Positions 29,981-40,792 of a stretch of DNA of 64,000 bases are shown one piece after another. A program made the position numbers and the translations under genes. This DNA comes from an uncultured Gammaproteobacteria bacterium (GTDB taxonomy: Bacteria > Pseudomonadota > Gammaproteobacteria > SZUA-229): positions 1,491 to 65,490 of the forward strand of contig CAVQDO010000006.1 of NCBI GenBank assembly GCA_963711255.1, given 5' to 3'. Numbering within the stretch: the first letter of the stretch is position 1; each line of letters starts with the position of its first letter. Below the pieces are notes generated by a model. The model was given only the letters and a program-made list of their open reading frames with translations, searched no databases and was not told where the DNA came from.

Positions 29981-32074
29981 TCAGGCAACAGCCTCGTCCA
30001 CTTCCTTCATGCTTAAACGGATACGACCCTGACGATCGATTTCCAGTACTTTCACTTTAACGGTATCGCCTTCAGACAGCTTGTCACTCACATTCTCAAC
30101 ACGCTCTTCGCTGATTTGAGAAATATGAACCAGTCCGTCTTTACCCGGCAGAATTTCAACGAATGCACCAAAATCCATAATCTTCTTCACGGTACCATGG
30201 TAAGTAACTCCTACCTCGGCATCAGATGTAATCTGTTCTATGCGTCTTTTCGCTTCTTCTGCGGCAGCTAAATCGCTGGAAGAAATTTTAACGTTACCTT
30301 CATCATCAATATCGATAACGGCACCGGTTTCTTCGGTTAATGCACGGATCACTGCGCCGCCTTTTCCGATAACATCGCGGATCTTATCCGGGTGTATCTT
30401 GATATTCAGGTAACGAGGTGCGTACTCAGACATTTCAGTACTGGTTTCAGACATGACTTTATTCATTTCACCAAGAATAAAGTTACGTCCGGCTTTAGCC
30501 TGCTCCAGCGCCTTTTCCATAATCTCTTTAGTAATGCCGTCTATTTTAATATCCATCTGTAATGCACAGATGCCATTTTCAGAACCAGCAACTTTAAAGT
30601 CCATGTCACCCAGGTGATCTTCGTCACCCAGGATGTCAGAAAGCACGGCAAAATCATCACCTTCTTTAATCAGACCCATGGCAATACCAGCAACAGGCGC
30701 TTTAATCGGTACACCGGCATCCATCAGCGACAGACTGGTACCACAAACCGAAGCCATTGAGCTTGAGCCGTTAGATTCAGTAATTTCAGATACCACACGA
30801 ATAGTGTATGGGAATTCTTCTTCTGAAGGCATAACACCTATAACACCACGCTTCGCTAAACGGCCATGGCCAATCTCACGACGTTTAGGTGTACCTACCA
30901 TACCGGTTTCACCAACACAGTATGGAGGGAAGTTATAGTGCAGCATGAACGGTTCGCGGTAGGAACCACCCAGTGCATCGATAATCTGTGCGTCACGCGC
31001 AGTACCCAGTGTGGTTACAACCAGCGCCTGTGTTTCACCGCGGGTAAACAGCGCAGAACCATGGGTACGCGGCAATACGCCAGTACGAACAGTGATAGCG
31101 CGCACATCCGAAGTTGTACGGCCATCAATACGTTTTTCGCCAGCGATAATGCGACCACGAACCAGTTTCTTCTCCAGTTTGCCAAAGGCGCCTTTTACAT
31201 CCTCTTTTGACCAGCCATCGTCTGTCATAAGGGCTTCGACGGCAGCTCTTCTGGCGGCTTTAACGGCGTCCTGCCTGGCCATTTTTTCAGCTATCTGGTA
31301 AGCATCAATGATCGCAGTCGAGCTTATTTCTGCAACTTTCGCAGCCAGTTCTTCGTCAGCAACAGGTTCAATATAGTCCCATTTAGGATTACCTACTTCT
31401 GCGGCAAATTCGCTGATTGCAGTAATCACTGCCTGCATCTGTTCATGACCGAACATCACGGCGCCTAACATAACCTCTTCAGACAGTAATTTAGCTTCAG
31501 ACTCAACCATCAATACCGCTTTATCAGTACCGGCAACAACCAGGTCAAGTTCAGATGTTTCTAATTCTGCCTTACTTGGGTTTAATATATATTCACCGTC
31601 TTTATAACCAACTCGCGCGGCACCCAGTGGACCCGCAAAAGGAACACCAGCAACAGATAGCGCCGCAGAAGCACCGATGATTGCTGGAATCTCTGGATCA
31701 ATATCATCACTGATAGAAACAACGGTGGCAACGATTTGAGCTTCGTTAGTAAATCCCTTTGGAAATAAAGGACGGATCGGACGGTCAATCAATCGACAGG
31801 TCAAAGTTTCTGCTTCACTCGGACGACCTTCCCGACGGAAGAAACCGCCTGGAATTTTACCCGCAGCGTAGGTACGTTCCTGGTAATTCACTGTCATCGG
31901 GAAGAAGTCTCTGCCCTCTTCAGTCTCTTTAGAGCATACGGCAGTAACAAAAACAACGGTATCGCCCATGCTTATCATCACAGCACCGGATGCCTGACGA
32001 GCAATTTCACTCGTTTCCATCGTTACTGTTAGATCACCGTACTGAAATGATTTTTTAATTGCTGTAGGTATCAC
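29981..32074 (-). CDS. pnp: polyribonucleotide nucleotidyltransferase (PNPase)
   Basis: Two RNase PH domains, KH and S1 domains, 697 aa. Confidence 0.95.
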   Translation of the reverse strand: MIPTAIKKSFQYGDLTVTMETSEIARQASGAVMISMGDTVVFVTAVCSKETEEGRDFFPMTVNYQERTYAAGKIPGGFFRREGRPSEAETLTCRLIDRPIRPLFPKGFTNEAQIVATVVSISDDIDPEIPAIIGASAALSVAGVPFAGPLGAARVGYKDGEYILNPSKAELETSELDLVVAGTDKAVLMVESEAKLLSEEVMLGAVMFGHEQMQAVITAISEFAAEVGNPKWDYIEPVADEELAAKVAEISSTAIIDAYQIAEKMARQDAVKAARRAAVEALMTDDGWSKEDVKGAFGKLEKKLVRGRIIAGEKRIDGRTTSDVRAITVRTGVLPRTHGSALFTRGETQALVVTTLGTARDAQIIDALGGSYREPFMLHYNFPPYCVGETGMVGTPKRREIGHGRLAKRGVIGVMPSEEEFPYTIRVVSEITESNGSSSMASVCGTSLSLMDAGVPIKAPVAGIAMGLIKEGDDFAVLSDILGDEDHLGDMDFKVAGSENGICALQMDIKIDGITKEIMEKALEQAKAGRNFILGEMNKVMSETSTEMSEYAPRYLNIKIHPDKIRDVIGKGGAVIRALTEETGAVIDIDDEGNVKISSSDLAAAEEAKRRIEQITSDAEVGVTYHGTVKKIMDFGAFVEILPGKDGLVHISQISEERVENVSDKLSEGDTVKVKVLEIDRQGRIRLSMKEVDEAVA

Positions 32075-32129
32075 AATATTATTTCCTGAAATTGGGGCCT
32101 GATAACGGACTTAACCCTGAAAAAAAGCA

Positions 32130-32185
32130 TAAAAAAATCACTGATCCCTAACCCTTTATTGTTGGTGGAATTCAGTGATTTTATC
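32130..32185 (-). promoter_or_regulatory. rpsO terminator / pnp leader hairpin (candidate RNase III autoregulatory site)
   Basis: 10-bp inverted repeat aaatcactga / tcagtgattt followed on the minus strand by U-runs, between rpsO and pnp; by analogy with the E. coli pnp leader. Confidence 0.6.
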
Positions 32186-32201
32186 AACCACGCATCTTTG
32201 T

Positions 32202-32471
32202 TTATCGACGCAGACCAAGGCTGGAAATCAGCTCTTTATAACGGTCAGTGTTTTTCGCTTTAAGGTAATCAAGTAATTTACGACGCTGATTAACCATGCG
32301 TAACAAACCACGACGTGAGTGATGATCACCTTTGTGTTCTTTAAAGTGCTCTGTTAATTGCACAATACGAGTTGTTAATAATGCTACCTGCACTTCCGGA
32401 GAACCTGTATCTCCTTCTTTTTGCTGGTATTTTGAAACAACTTCGCCTTTTTCTGCGGTCGATAAAGACAT
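32202..32471 (-). CDS. rpsO: 30S ribosomal protein S15
   Basis: 89 aa, highly conserved S15 sequence ([21 protein letters not shown]). Confidence 0.95.
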   Translation of the reverse strand: MSLSTAEKGEVVSKYQQKEGDTGSPEVQVALLTTRIVQLTEHFKEHKGDHHSRRGLLRMVNQRRKLLDYLKAKNTDRYKELISSLGLRR

Positions 32472-32639
32472 GAATACTCCGAACTCTGTTTTGACTAAAT
32501 AAATGGTCTGTAATTAAAGGATGGCGATTTTATCACTTATTGAAGCGACAAAAAAGCATTGTTTATAAAAAGTTTTTTTACCTTTTCTGGTAATTTTTTC
32601 AGCTTTCCCGGCTTTTACCAAAACCTTTTTAAAGCTTTT

Positions 32640-32729
32640 TTACCGCAGAGACGCGGAGACGCAGAGAAAACAATGATTTTTTATCATTTATAACGTTTTT
32701 CTCCGCGCCCTCCGCGCCTCTGCGGTGAA
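32640..32729. repeat. MITE/REP-like element, copy 3 (same 19-bp terminal inverted repeats ttaccgcagagacgcggag, different short AT-rich core)
   Basis: ttaccgcagagacgcggag at 32640-32658; right arm ctccgcgcctctgcggtga at ~32710-32728; in the rpsO-truB spacer. Confidence 0.75.
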
Positions 32730-32762
32730 ATTAGTTTTTAATGCCTGATGATCACAAGACAC

Positions 32763-33704
32763 CTAAGCACACTGCTTAATCATGCGTCTTGGCGCTACCA
32801 GGCCGTCGTCCTGTATCTCGCCCAGACCCAGAAAGTGGCTCTGATCATAGATACGCACCCATCCGTGCGTCGGTGCATGAGGAACCATCACAGGCTGCCC
32901 CTGGCGCACATAAAAAGCCGCATCCGTACCCAGTCGAACATCTGGCCAGTCAGCGACGCCACTATCGATTGGTTGCAGCGTTGCATCCAGCGCAGCAAAA
33001 CCTTCTTCCGCCAGTTCAGTTAATTGTTCCATAGTCAGCATATCACCGGAATACGGGCCAACACTTAAGCGGCGCAAGGCAGTTATATGGGCACAGTTGC
33101 CCAGTTTTTTTGCAATATCTTCAACCAGGGTACGAACATAAGTACCTTTTGAACAGGCAACTTCAAGCTCAAGAATAAGGCGCTGCTGGCCTTCGCCATC
33201 ATCTTCCATACTGAGTGAAATAAAATCGATTTCGTAAATGGTAATTCGTCTCGATTTGCGCTCAACTTCAATACCCTGGCGCGCCAGCTTATATAAACGT
33301 TCACCGTTATGTTTTACTGCCGAGTACATTGGTGGAACCTGGTCGATTTCGCCAATAAATTCCGGTAACACCGCCTTGACCGCCGCTTCATCAATAGCCG
33401 AAACATCGAGCGATTCAAGCACCTCGCCTTCGGCATCACCGGTGGTTGTACTCACACCCAGCTGACATTTAAGGTGATAACGCTTATCCGCATCCAGCAG
33501 AAAAGCAGATATTTTTGTTGCTTCACCCAGGCAGACGGGCAACATGCCGGTAGCCAAAGGATCCAGGCTGCCGGTATGACCCGCTTTAGCAGCACCAAAC
33601 AGGCGTTTAACTCTTTGCAAGGCATGATTTGAACTGCAACCAGCGGGTTTATCTAACAGTAAAACACCACTTATTTCACGGCCTTTTTTCTTACGATTTG
33701 CCAC
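32763..33704 (-). CDS. truB: tRNA pseudouridine(55) synthase
   Basis: GVLLLDKPAG, GHTGSLDPLATG catalytic Asp motif, PUA C-terminus. Confidence 0.93.
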   Translation of the reverse strand: MANRKKKGREISGVLLLDKPAGCSSNHALQRVKRLFGAAKAGHTGSLDPLATGMLPVCLGEATKISAFLLDADKRYHLKCQLGVSTTTGDAEGEVLESLDVSAIDEAAVKAVLPEFIGEIDQVPPMYSAVKHNGERLYKLARQGIEVERKSRRITIYEIDFISLSMEDDGEGQQRLILELEVACSKGTYVRTLVEDIAKKLGNCAHITALRRLSVGPYSGDMLTMEQLTELAEEGFAALDATLQPIDSGVADWPDVRLGTDAAFYVRQGQPVMVPHAPTHGWVRIYDQSHFLGLGEIQDDGLVAPRRMIKQCA

Positions 33705-34093
33705 TATTCAATCTCATCATCAGGTTCATCTTTTTCGGACTTCCTGTCTTTTTTAATCGCTTCAGTTATCAGCTCGTCCATGGCAATGCCACGCGTCACA
33801 CTGTCATCCACGACAAATTTTAAAGTCGGGACAATACGCGCACGTATACGACGTGCAACTTCTTTACGAATAAATCCGGTTGCACGGTTTAAAATTTCGA
33901 TGGATTCGTTTTGCTGCTCAGTGTTAAACATCGAGCAATAGATAACCGCATGGCTTAAATCACGGCTCATACGTACTTCGGTAAACGACATAAAGCCCAG
34001 GCGTGGATCATCGATCTCGTCACGAACAATTTCGGCCAGCTCACGGCGAAGCTGTTCGGCCATTCTATCGCTGCGTAAAAACTCTCTAGGCAT
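33704..34093 (-). CDS. rbfA: ribosome-binding factor A
   Basis: 129 aa, RbfA KH-like core (…LSHAVIYCSM…), acidic tail; overlaps the truB start by 1 nt. Confidence 0.9.
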   Translation of the reverse strand: MPREFLRSDRMAEQLRRELAEIVRDEIDDPRLGFMSFTEVRMSRDLSHAVIYCSMFNTEQQNESIEILNRATGFIRKEVARRIRARIVPTLKFVVDDSVTRGIAMDELITEAIKKDRKSEKDEPDDEIE

Positions 34094-34147
34094 AAAAATC
34101 TGGCTCTAAAGCGGCAATAAAATAGTGACTAGGAAAACGGGCGCAGC

Positions 34148-36730
34148 TTAAAGCTTGCGCTCAACTTCTACGCGTTCAAAGACTTCGATCTGATCGCCAA
34201 CCATTACTTCATAGTTTTTCACCGCGATACCACATTCTGTACCACTGTTAACTTCTTTGACGTTGTCTTTAAAACGGCGTAATGATTCAAGCTCGCCCTC
34301 AAAAATCACCACGTTGTCACGCAGCACACGAATCGGCGCATCTTTACGAACCACACCTTCGGTTACCAGCGAACCAGCTACCTGCCCAAAGACCGGTGAC
34401 TTGAATACTTCCTGCACCTTGGCCATACCGATAATCTGTTCACGGTACTCTGCTTTCAGCATGCCGGTAAGCGCTTTTGTAACTTCATCGATCAGTTCAT
34501 AAATAACACTATAGTAGTTAAGCTCTACGCCACGTTCAGCGGCTGCACGTCGTGCAGTTGCGTCTGCACGCACATTAAAACCGATAACAATAGCATCCGA
34601 TGCAGCAGCCAGGCTGATATCAGTTTCATTAATACCGCCAACACCGGAAGCAACAATGCGAACATCAACTTCATCATTATCTGCAGCCAGCTTCATCAAC
34701 GAATCGCTGATAGCATGCAGTGTGCCCTGTACATCAGCTTTTAATAGAACATTCAGCTTCTTGACCTGACCGGCCTCCATCTGTTCAAACATGGATTCCA
34801 GTTTGTTAGCCTGCTGGGTAGCCAGACGCATATCTCGTGCTTTACCCTGACGGTTTTGAGAAACCTCACGTGCTGTACGCTCGTCAGATAACACCTGCAT
34901 GGCATCACCCGCATTCGGTGTATTGGACAAACCAATAACCACCGCAGGCATCGATGGGCCAGCCTGTTCAATACTGTTGCCGAATTCATCATACATGGCT
35001 CGAACACGGCCAAAATCTTCACCGGCGAGCATGATATCGCCTTTTCTTAACGCACCTTCCTGTACCAGGACGGTAGTCGTTACACCACGTCCCTTGTCCA
35101 GTGCTGCTTCAAGTACAACACCTTTTGCCAGGCCTTCTGATGGCGCTTTCAGCTCCATCAATTCAGCCTGTAAAGAAATTGTATCGAGCAGGGTATCAAT
35201 ACCCTCACCGGTCAGCGCAGAAACATTAACAAAAATATTATCGCCGCCCCATTCTTCAGGAATAATTTCATACCCACCCAGTTCGTTTTTCACACGATCC
35301 GGATCAGCGCCTTCTTTATCCATTTTATTAACAGCAATAATAATGGGTACTTCAGCTGCTTTTGCGTGCTGTACAGCTTCGATGGTTTGCGGCATAACAC
35401 CATCGTCCGCTGCTACCACGATAATGACGATATCCGTAGCGTTGGCACCACGCTCACGCATTGCTGTAAATGCAGCGTGTCCCGGTGTATCAAGGAAGGT
35501 AATTACGCCTTTATCGGTCTCAACGTGATAAGCACCAATATGCTGGGTAATACCGCCCGCTTCACCAGCGGCAACCTTGGAAGAGCGAATGTAATCCAGT
35601 AATGAAGTCTTACCGTGATCAACGTGGCCCATAATCGTTACTACCGGCGGGCGGGCTTCTTCTGTCTGGTCGGAAGTATCGCGAGCCAGCAGGGCTTTTT
35701 CATAATCATCTTCGTTAACAACAACCGGATTGTGACCCAGTTCTTCGATTACAAGTACCGCTGTATCCTGATCAATCACCTGGTTAATGGTTGCCATAAC
35801 ACCCATTTGCATCAATGTTTTGATCAGCTCACCCGCTTTCATTGACATGCGTCGGGCCAGTTCATCAACGGTTATTGTATCGGGTACGGTAACGTCATGA
35901 ACAATAGCAGCCACCGGTTTTTCAAAACCGTGTTTGGCGTCTGAAACAACACTGCTTCTTGCCGCCTTGCCTTTTTTCTTGTGACGCTTACCACTGCGAT
36001 CACTGGACACATGCAATTCTTTGCGCCCGTATAAAGTACCTTTATCCTTGTGCTCTGCCTTGTGTTTTTTAGCAGCTGATTTCTGGCTACGCGCTTCCTG
36101 TGCCTGTAACTCGTCAGCCGTTAATACTTTTTCTTTCGCTTTACTTTCTTTGGCAGAGGTTTTTGCAGTGCCCGTGCTCACCTGATCGACATCTTTTGAC
36201 CTGGCCGCTTCTTCAGCTTTTTGTTTGGCCTCAGCCAGGCGTGAATCTTCTGCCTGCTGGTCCTGCTCGCGTTTTTCAGCACGCTCAAGTTTCAACCGCC
36301 TTTCTTCTTCACGCTCCTGCTCACGACGTGCCTGGTCAGCACGAAGCTTTTCCAGTTCCGTGATTTCAGCAGGGGTTTCCTGTGATGTTTCAGCTTCTGC
36401 TTCCGTTTCTACTGCCTGCTCTCCAGGCTTGGTAATGGTACGTTTACGGCGAACTTCAATAGATACCGTCTTTTTACCCGCAGCACCAACTTTCACTTCG
36501 CTGACTGACTTACGCTTTAAAGCTATCTTGCGCGGCTTATTCGCGGAATCAACATCACTGTCCTTGCCATGCTGCCCTCGCAGGAAGCCCAGCAAAGTCA
36601 TCTTATCTGTGTCAGAAATCAGTGCATCTGGCGTATTAATATCCAGACCCGCATCTTTTATCTGTTCAAGTAAGCGCTCGACGGGTGTACCCACAACGCC
36701 TGCAAGTTGTTTTACTGTTACTTCAGCCAT
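34148..36730 (-). CDS. infB: translation initiation factor IF-2
   Basis: 860 aa, charged N-terminal region, GTPase domain ([21 protein letters not shown]). Confidence 0.95.
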   Translation of the reverse strand: MAEVTVKQLAGVVGTPVERLLEQIKDAGLDINTPDALISDTDKMTLLGFLRGQHGKDSDVDSANKPRKIALKRKSVSEVKVGAAGKKTVSIEVRRKRTITKPGEQAVETEAEAETSQETPAEITELEKLRADQARREQEREEERRLKLERAEKREQDQQAEDSRLAEAKQKAEEAARSKDVDQVSTGTAKTSAKESKAKEKVLTADELQAQEARSQKSAAKKHKAEHKDKGTLYGRKELHVSSDRSGKRHKKKGKAARSSVVSDAKHGFEKPVAAIVHDVTVPDTITVDELARRMSMKAGELIKTLMQMGVMATINQVIDQDTAVLVIEELGHNPVVVNEDDYEKALLARDTSDQTEEARPPVVTIMGHVDHGKTSLLDYIRSSKVAAGEAGGITQHIGAYHVETDKGVITFLDTPGHAAFTAMRERGANATDIVIIVVAADDGVMPQTIEAVQHAKAAEVPIIIAVNKMDKEGADPDRVKNELGGYEIIPEEWGGDNIFVNVSALTGEGIDTLLDTISLQAELMELKAPSEGLAKGVVLEAALDKGRGVTTTVLVQEGALRKGDIMLAGEDFGRVRAMYDEFGNSIEQAGPSMPAVVIGLSNTPNAGDAMQVLSDERTAREVSQNRQGKARDMRLATQQANKLESMFEQMEAGQVKKLNVLLKADVQGTLHAISDSLMKLAADNDEVDVRIVASGVGGINETDISLAAASDAIVIGFNVRADATARRAAAERGVELNYYSVIYELIDEVTKALTGMLKAEYREQIIGMAKVQEVFKSPVFGQVAGSLVTEGVVRKDAPIRVLRDNVVIFEGELESLRRFKDNVKEVNSGTECGIAVKNYEVMVGDQIEVFERVEVERKL

Positions 36731-36801
36731 AAATTATCTCAGTGAATAATCTCAGTCGTATTTTATTATTGATAAACCAGTACTTCTACTTATTCTTCTA
36801 C

Positions 36802-38295
36802 TTATTCTTCTGTAGCAAACCATGGCGCGCGAGCCGTCATAATTAACGCTGAGGCTCTTACCTCATCCATGCCTTCAATTTCCATTAATTCATCTACCGC
36901 CTGTTCAGCCAGATCTTCCATTGAGCAAATGCCTTTAACCGCCAGCAGATTTGCCAGCTCTGTATCCATACCTTCCATGTTTAACAGGTCTTCCTGCGGC
37001 TTGTTATTTTCCAGCACTTCTTCCGTCATAATTGCCTGTGTTAACAGGTAATCGCTGGCGCGGTTACGCAGTTCAGCAACGATATCTTCGTCAAACTCTT
37101 CAATGCTCAATAGTTCTGCTTCCGGAACATACGCGACTTCTTCAATAGTAGTAAAGCCTTCAGCAACCAGGATTTCTGCTACTTCGGTATCCACATCAAG
37201 GTGCTCAGTAAAGACTTCAAGGTATTTCGCACCTTCTTCCGCATTCTTGGTTTCAGCTTCCTGCTCGGTCATTACATTCAGTTCCCAACCGGTCAATTCA
37301 CTCGCCAGTCGAATATTCTGGCCGCCACGGCCAATAGCCATGGCCAGTTTGTCTTCTTCAACCGCGATGTTCATGCTGTTCGCATCTTCATCCACTACCA
37401 GTGACTGTACTTCAGCCGGAGACATAGCGTTAATAACAAACTGCGCCGGGTCATCATTCCATAGAATAATATCGACTCGTTCACCGCCAATTTCATTGGA
37501 GACCGACTGCACACGTGATCCACGCATACCAACACAGGCACCGACCGGATCAATGCGGCCATCCAGCGCTCTAACCGAAATTTTTGCGCGCGAACCCGGA
37601 TCTCGTGCACCGCCAATAATCTCGATTAAACCCTGGTCAACCTCGGGAACTTCAAGCTTAAACAGCTCAACCAGGAATTCCGGGGCAGTACGGCTGATAA
37701 AAAGTTGCGGGCCGCGTGCTTCTGAACGCACTTCTTTCAGGTAACCGCGTAAACGGTCACCCGGGCGAACAGCCTCGCGTGGAATCATATCTGACTTGGG
37801 AATAAAACCTTCAACACTACTACCCAGATCAAGATAAACATTGCCGCGCTCAACACGCTTAACGGTGCCCATAACGAGCTCGCCTTCACGGCCCTGGTAG
37901 GCTTCTACTACACGCTCACGCTCGGCTTCACGCACTTTCTGTACGATAACCTGTTTCGCGGTCTGTGCAGCAATACGGCCAAACTCTACTGATTCAATCT
38001 GTTCTTCAACGTAATCCCCAACTTGAATATCGGGTTCGTCCATTTGCGCCGCTTCCAGCGCCATTTCACCGAGCGGATTTTCCATGGGAATACCATCTTC
38101 TATCACCAGCCAGCGACGGAAAGTATCATACTCTCCGGTCTCACGGTTGATATCAACGCGCACTTCAATGTCTTTCCCATTTTTCTTACGCGTAGCGGTA
38201 GCAAGAGCTGCCTCAATGGCCTCGAATATAATCTCTTTTTCAACGCCTTTTTCATTAGAAACGGCATCTGCAACGTAGAGAATTTCCTTGCTCAT
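36802..38295 (-). CDS. nusA: transcription termination/antitermination factor NusA
   Basis: S1 and KH domains, two C-terminal acidic repeats, 497 aa. Confidence 0.95.
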   Translation of the reverse strand: MSKEILYVADAVSNEKGVEKEIIFEAIEAALATATRKKNGKDIEVRVDINRETGEYDTFRRWLVIEDGIPMENPLGEMALEAAQMDEPDIQVGDYVEEQIESVEFGRIAAQTAKQVIVQKVREAERERVVEAYQGREGELVMGTVKRVERGNVYLDLGSSVEGFIPKSDMIPREAVRPGDRLRGYLKEVRSEARGPQLFISRTAPEFLVELFKLEVPEVDQGLIEIIGGARDPGSRAKISVRALDGRIDPVGACVGMRGSRVQSVSNEIGGERVDIILWNDDPAQFVINAMSPAEVQSLVVDEDANSMNIAVEEDKLAMAIGRGGQNIRLASELTGWELNVMTEQEAETKNAEEGAKYLEVFTEHLDVDTEVAEILVAEGFTTIEEVAYVPEAELLSIEEFDEDIVAELRNRASDYLLTQAIMTEEVLENNKPQEDLLNMEGMDTELANLLAVKGICSMEDLAEQAVDELMEIEGMDEVRASALIMTARAPWFATEE

Positions 38296-38373
38296 GGTTT
38301 AAAACCTCATATGTAACTGTTTGTTAAATATAATAAATATTCGACTCATTTTAAACAGTGAGTCTCAATAAAA

Positions 38374-38844
38374 CTAAAATTCCGGAACGATTCGCGCTTT
38401 TTCTATCGCGCTCATCGGCAAACTGATTTCTTCTGCATCCGTTTCTATAACAAGCACATCCTCACTCGCTTGCAGCAGCCTGCCCTTAAAATTTCGCTGA
38501 CCTTCGAGCGGCATAGCGGTTTTTAATTTGACCAGTGAACCGGTAAACCGCTGAAAGTCCTTTAACCGCCTTAATGGCCGATCCAGACCCGGTGATGATA
38601 CTTCCAGATTAAACTGACCACGCACCGGATCTTCAACATCGATAAGCGCGCTGATCTGCCGACTAACCGCGGAACAGTCTTCAATAACCACACCCGCAGA
38701 GTCTGAGCCTTCAGGAACATCAATGTAGAGACGTAAAACACCATGTTTTGGATTAGGAAAATGCTCGATTTCGACCAGGTCGAAACCCATTCCAGTCACT
38801 ACCGGCTCAAATAATTCCCACAAATGTGTCTGGTCTTTTCTCAT
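38374..38844 (-). CDS. rimP: ribosome maturation factor RimP
   Basis: 156 aa; conserved position between metY and nusA. Confidence 0.85.
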   Translation of the reverse strand: MRKDQTHLWELFEPVVTGMGFDLVEIEHFPNPKHGVLRLYIDVPEGSDSAGVVIEDCSAVSRQISALIDVEDPVRGQFNLEVSSPGLDRPLRRLKDFQRFTGSLVKLKTAMPLEGQRNFKGRLLQASEDVLVIETDAEEISLPMSAIEKARIVPEF

Positions 38845-38924
38845 CTGGCTCTTGTAATCACAATATTAATAACATCCTTCTGTTATTAATCAATATCTTA
38901 TTCTCAGTAACAAAAAGGCCCCGT

Positions 38925-38955
38925 AAACGGAGCCTTTCCAAAATTCTTGAAGCTG
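38925..38955 (-). terminator. attenuator/terminator hairpin between tRNA-fMet and rimP
   Basis: On the minus strand, aggctccgtttacggggcct followed by ttttgtt; analogous to the metY-rimP attenuator of E. coli. Confidence 0.55.
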
Positions 38956-39008
38956 AGGAATGGCAAAACTATACGCCGGACTTCCTACGACTTCAAGAAA
39001 ACAAATTT

Positions 39009-39085
<77 letters not shown>

Positions 39086-39290
39086 ACAACAAGAGGCGAA
39101 TCATACGGACTTACTCACTCAATTGCAAGACGCTGAGTCGATTAATCAGGAAATATTATTACAAAATGGAGTTAATGTGAAAATACCGCGAAACCTGGAA
39201 TAAACACAAAACAAAAACAGCAAAATAGCTACCCGCTTAAGCCCTGCCTTCCCGGTCAGTGACTGCTCCGCCTATAAGCTGAAGAAGCCC

Positions 39291-40742
39291 TCAGGCAGCA
39301 AATACTGACACACACAGCGACATTAATGCAGCAGGATAAACCCCTAAAGCCAGTATCGCCAGACCGTTAGTACTTAATGTGATCTGCATATCACGACCAC
39401 AAACTAGCGGCTGCGTATCAACAGCATCATCAAAATACATAACCTTGATTACTCGCAGGTAGTAGAAGATACCAATAATCGAGAAGAATACAGCAATTAT
39501 CGCCATCCACACCAGGTCAACATCAACCACTGCGGTTAACACCGCCAGTTTTGCCCAGAATCCAACCGTAGGCGGCACACCCGCCATCGACAGCATCAAA
39601 ACCATCATAATAAAGGCAAACCACGGACTGCGCTGATTCAGGCCTGCAAGGTCAGTGATATTGTCAGCTTCAAAGCCCTGGCGCGCCATCAGCATAATGA
39701 CACCGAAACCGCCGAGTGACATCATCGCGTAGGTAATGGTGTAGAACATCGCTGTAGAGTAACCCTCGGCAGTACCGGCAAGAATACCCAGCAAAATAAA
39801 ACCAACATGTGAAATTGTTGAATACGCGAGCATACGTTTCAGGTTAGTTTGCGCAATGGCAATAATGTTACCCACCGCCAGTGATAAAACGGATAACACG
39901 ATAATCATTTGCTGCCAGTCGGCCTGCAGACCACCCAGCGCCTCAACCATCAAACGCATAATCATGGCAAAACCGGCCAGCTTTGGCGCGGTACCGATTA
40001 AAGCCGTAACGGCAGTGGGCGAACCATGATAAACATCCGGCATCCACATGTGAAACGGTACTGCACCCAGCTTGAATGCCAGCGCCACAACGATGAATAC
40101 CAGCGCGAAAATCATACCAAGATTCTGCGCACCGTCAGCCTCTGACGCAGCGGAAACCGAAACAGCAATTTCAGATAGCATCAGGCTGCCTGACAGGCCG
40201 TAAAGAATAGACATACCGTAAAGCAGCATGCCTGAAGCAATAGCGCCCAGTACAAAATACTTCATCGCCGCTTCCGACGCGTTGCCGTTATCACGGCTAA
40301 AGGCAACCAGTGCATACAGACAAAGCGATAACAGTTCCAGGCCAAGGTATAACATCAGCAGGTTATTTGCTGACACCATCAGCATCATGCCGACTATGCT
40401 GAATAAACCCAGCACGTAAAATTCGCCTTTAAAGATTTTTCGATCAGCCAGGTATTCTCTTGAATAAACAAATACACCAAAACTGATGATCAAAATAAAC
40501 ATTTTCAGCGCATCCGCCATGGCGTCCTGCACAAACAGATCGTTGAACGCCAGTACCCTTGTTTCGGTTTGATTCGCCATTACCAGCAACAGGGCAACTA
40601 TCAGCGACAGCTGCGACAATACATAGGTAAAGTTTCTTTTTCCCTGCGGCAGGTAAACATCCACAACCAGTATCAGACAGGCCATGATCAGCAGAAAGAT
40701 TTCAGGTAAAGCAATAGCTGCATTTAGTGATTCAAGTGTCAT
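39291..40742 (-). CDS. nuoN: NADH-quinone oxidoreductase subunit N
   Basis: 483 aa polytopic antiporter-like subunit, last gene of the nuo operon. Confidence 0.9.
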   Translation of the reverse strand: MTLESLNAAIALPEIFLLIMACLILVVDVYLPQGKRNFTYVLSQLSLIVALLLVMANQTETRVLAFNDLFVQDAMADALKMFILIISFGVFVYSREYLADRKIFKGEFYVLGLFSIVGMMLMVSANNLLMLYLGLELLSLCLYALVAFSRDNGNASEAAMKYFVLGAIASGMLLYGMSILYGLSGSLMLSEIAVSVSAASEADGAQNLGMIFALVFIVVALAFKLGAVPFHMWMPDVYHGSPTAVTALIGTAPKLAGFAMIMRLMVEALGGLQADWQQMIIVLSVLSLAVGNIIAIAQTNLKRMLAYSTISHVGFILLGILAGTAEGYSTAMFYTITYAMMSLGGFGVIMLMARQGFEADNITDLAGLNQRSPWFAFIMMVLMLSMAGVPPTVGFWAKLAVLTAVVDVDLVWMAIIAVFFSIIGIFYYLRVIKVMYFDDAVDTQPLVCGRDMQITLSTNGLAILALGVYPAALMSLCVSVFAA

Positions 40743-40792
40743 TCTTTGTTATCCAGTTTTAACCGATATAGGTTCAGTATAAATTCAGCTTG

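Noticed and set aside
34899-35528. Long antisense ORFs inside infB, nusA, nuoG and guaB (e.g. 34899-35528, 36225-36749, 37103-37744, 48376-48717, 8587-9144)
   Set aside because: They lie entirely within and opposite to highly conserved genes and have low-complexity Ser/Ala/Thr-rich translations typical of shadow ORFs. No independent start or ribosome-binding-site support.
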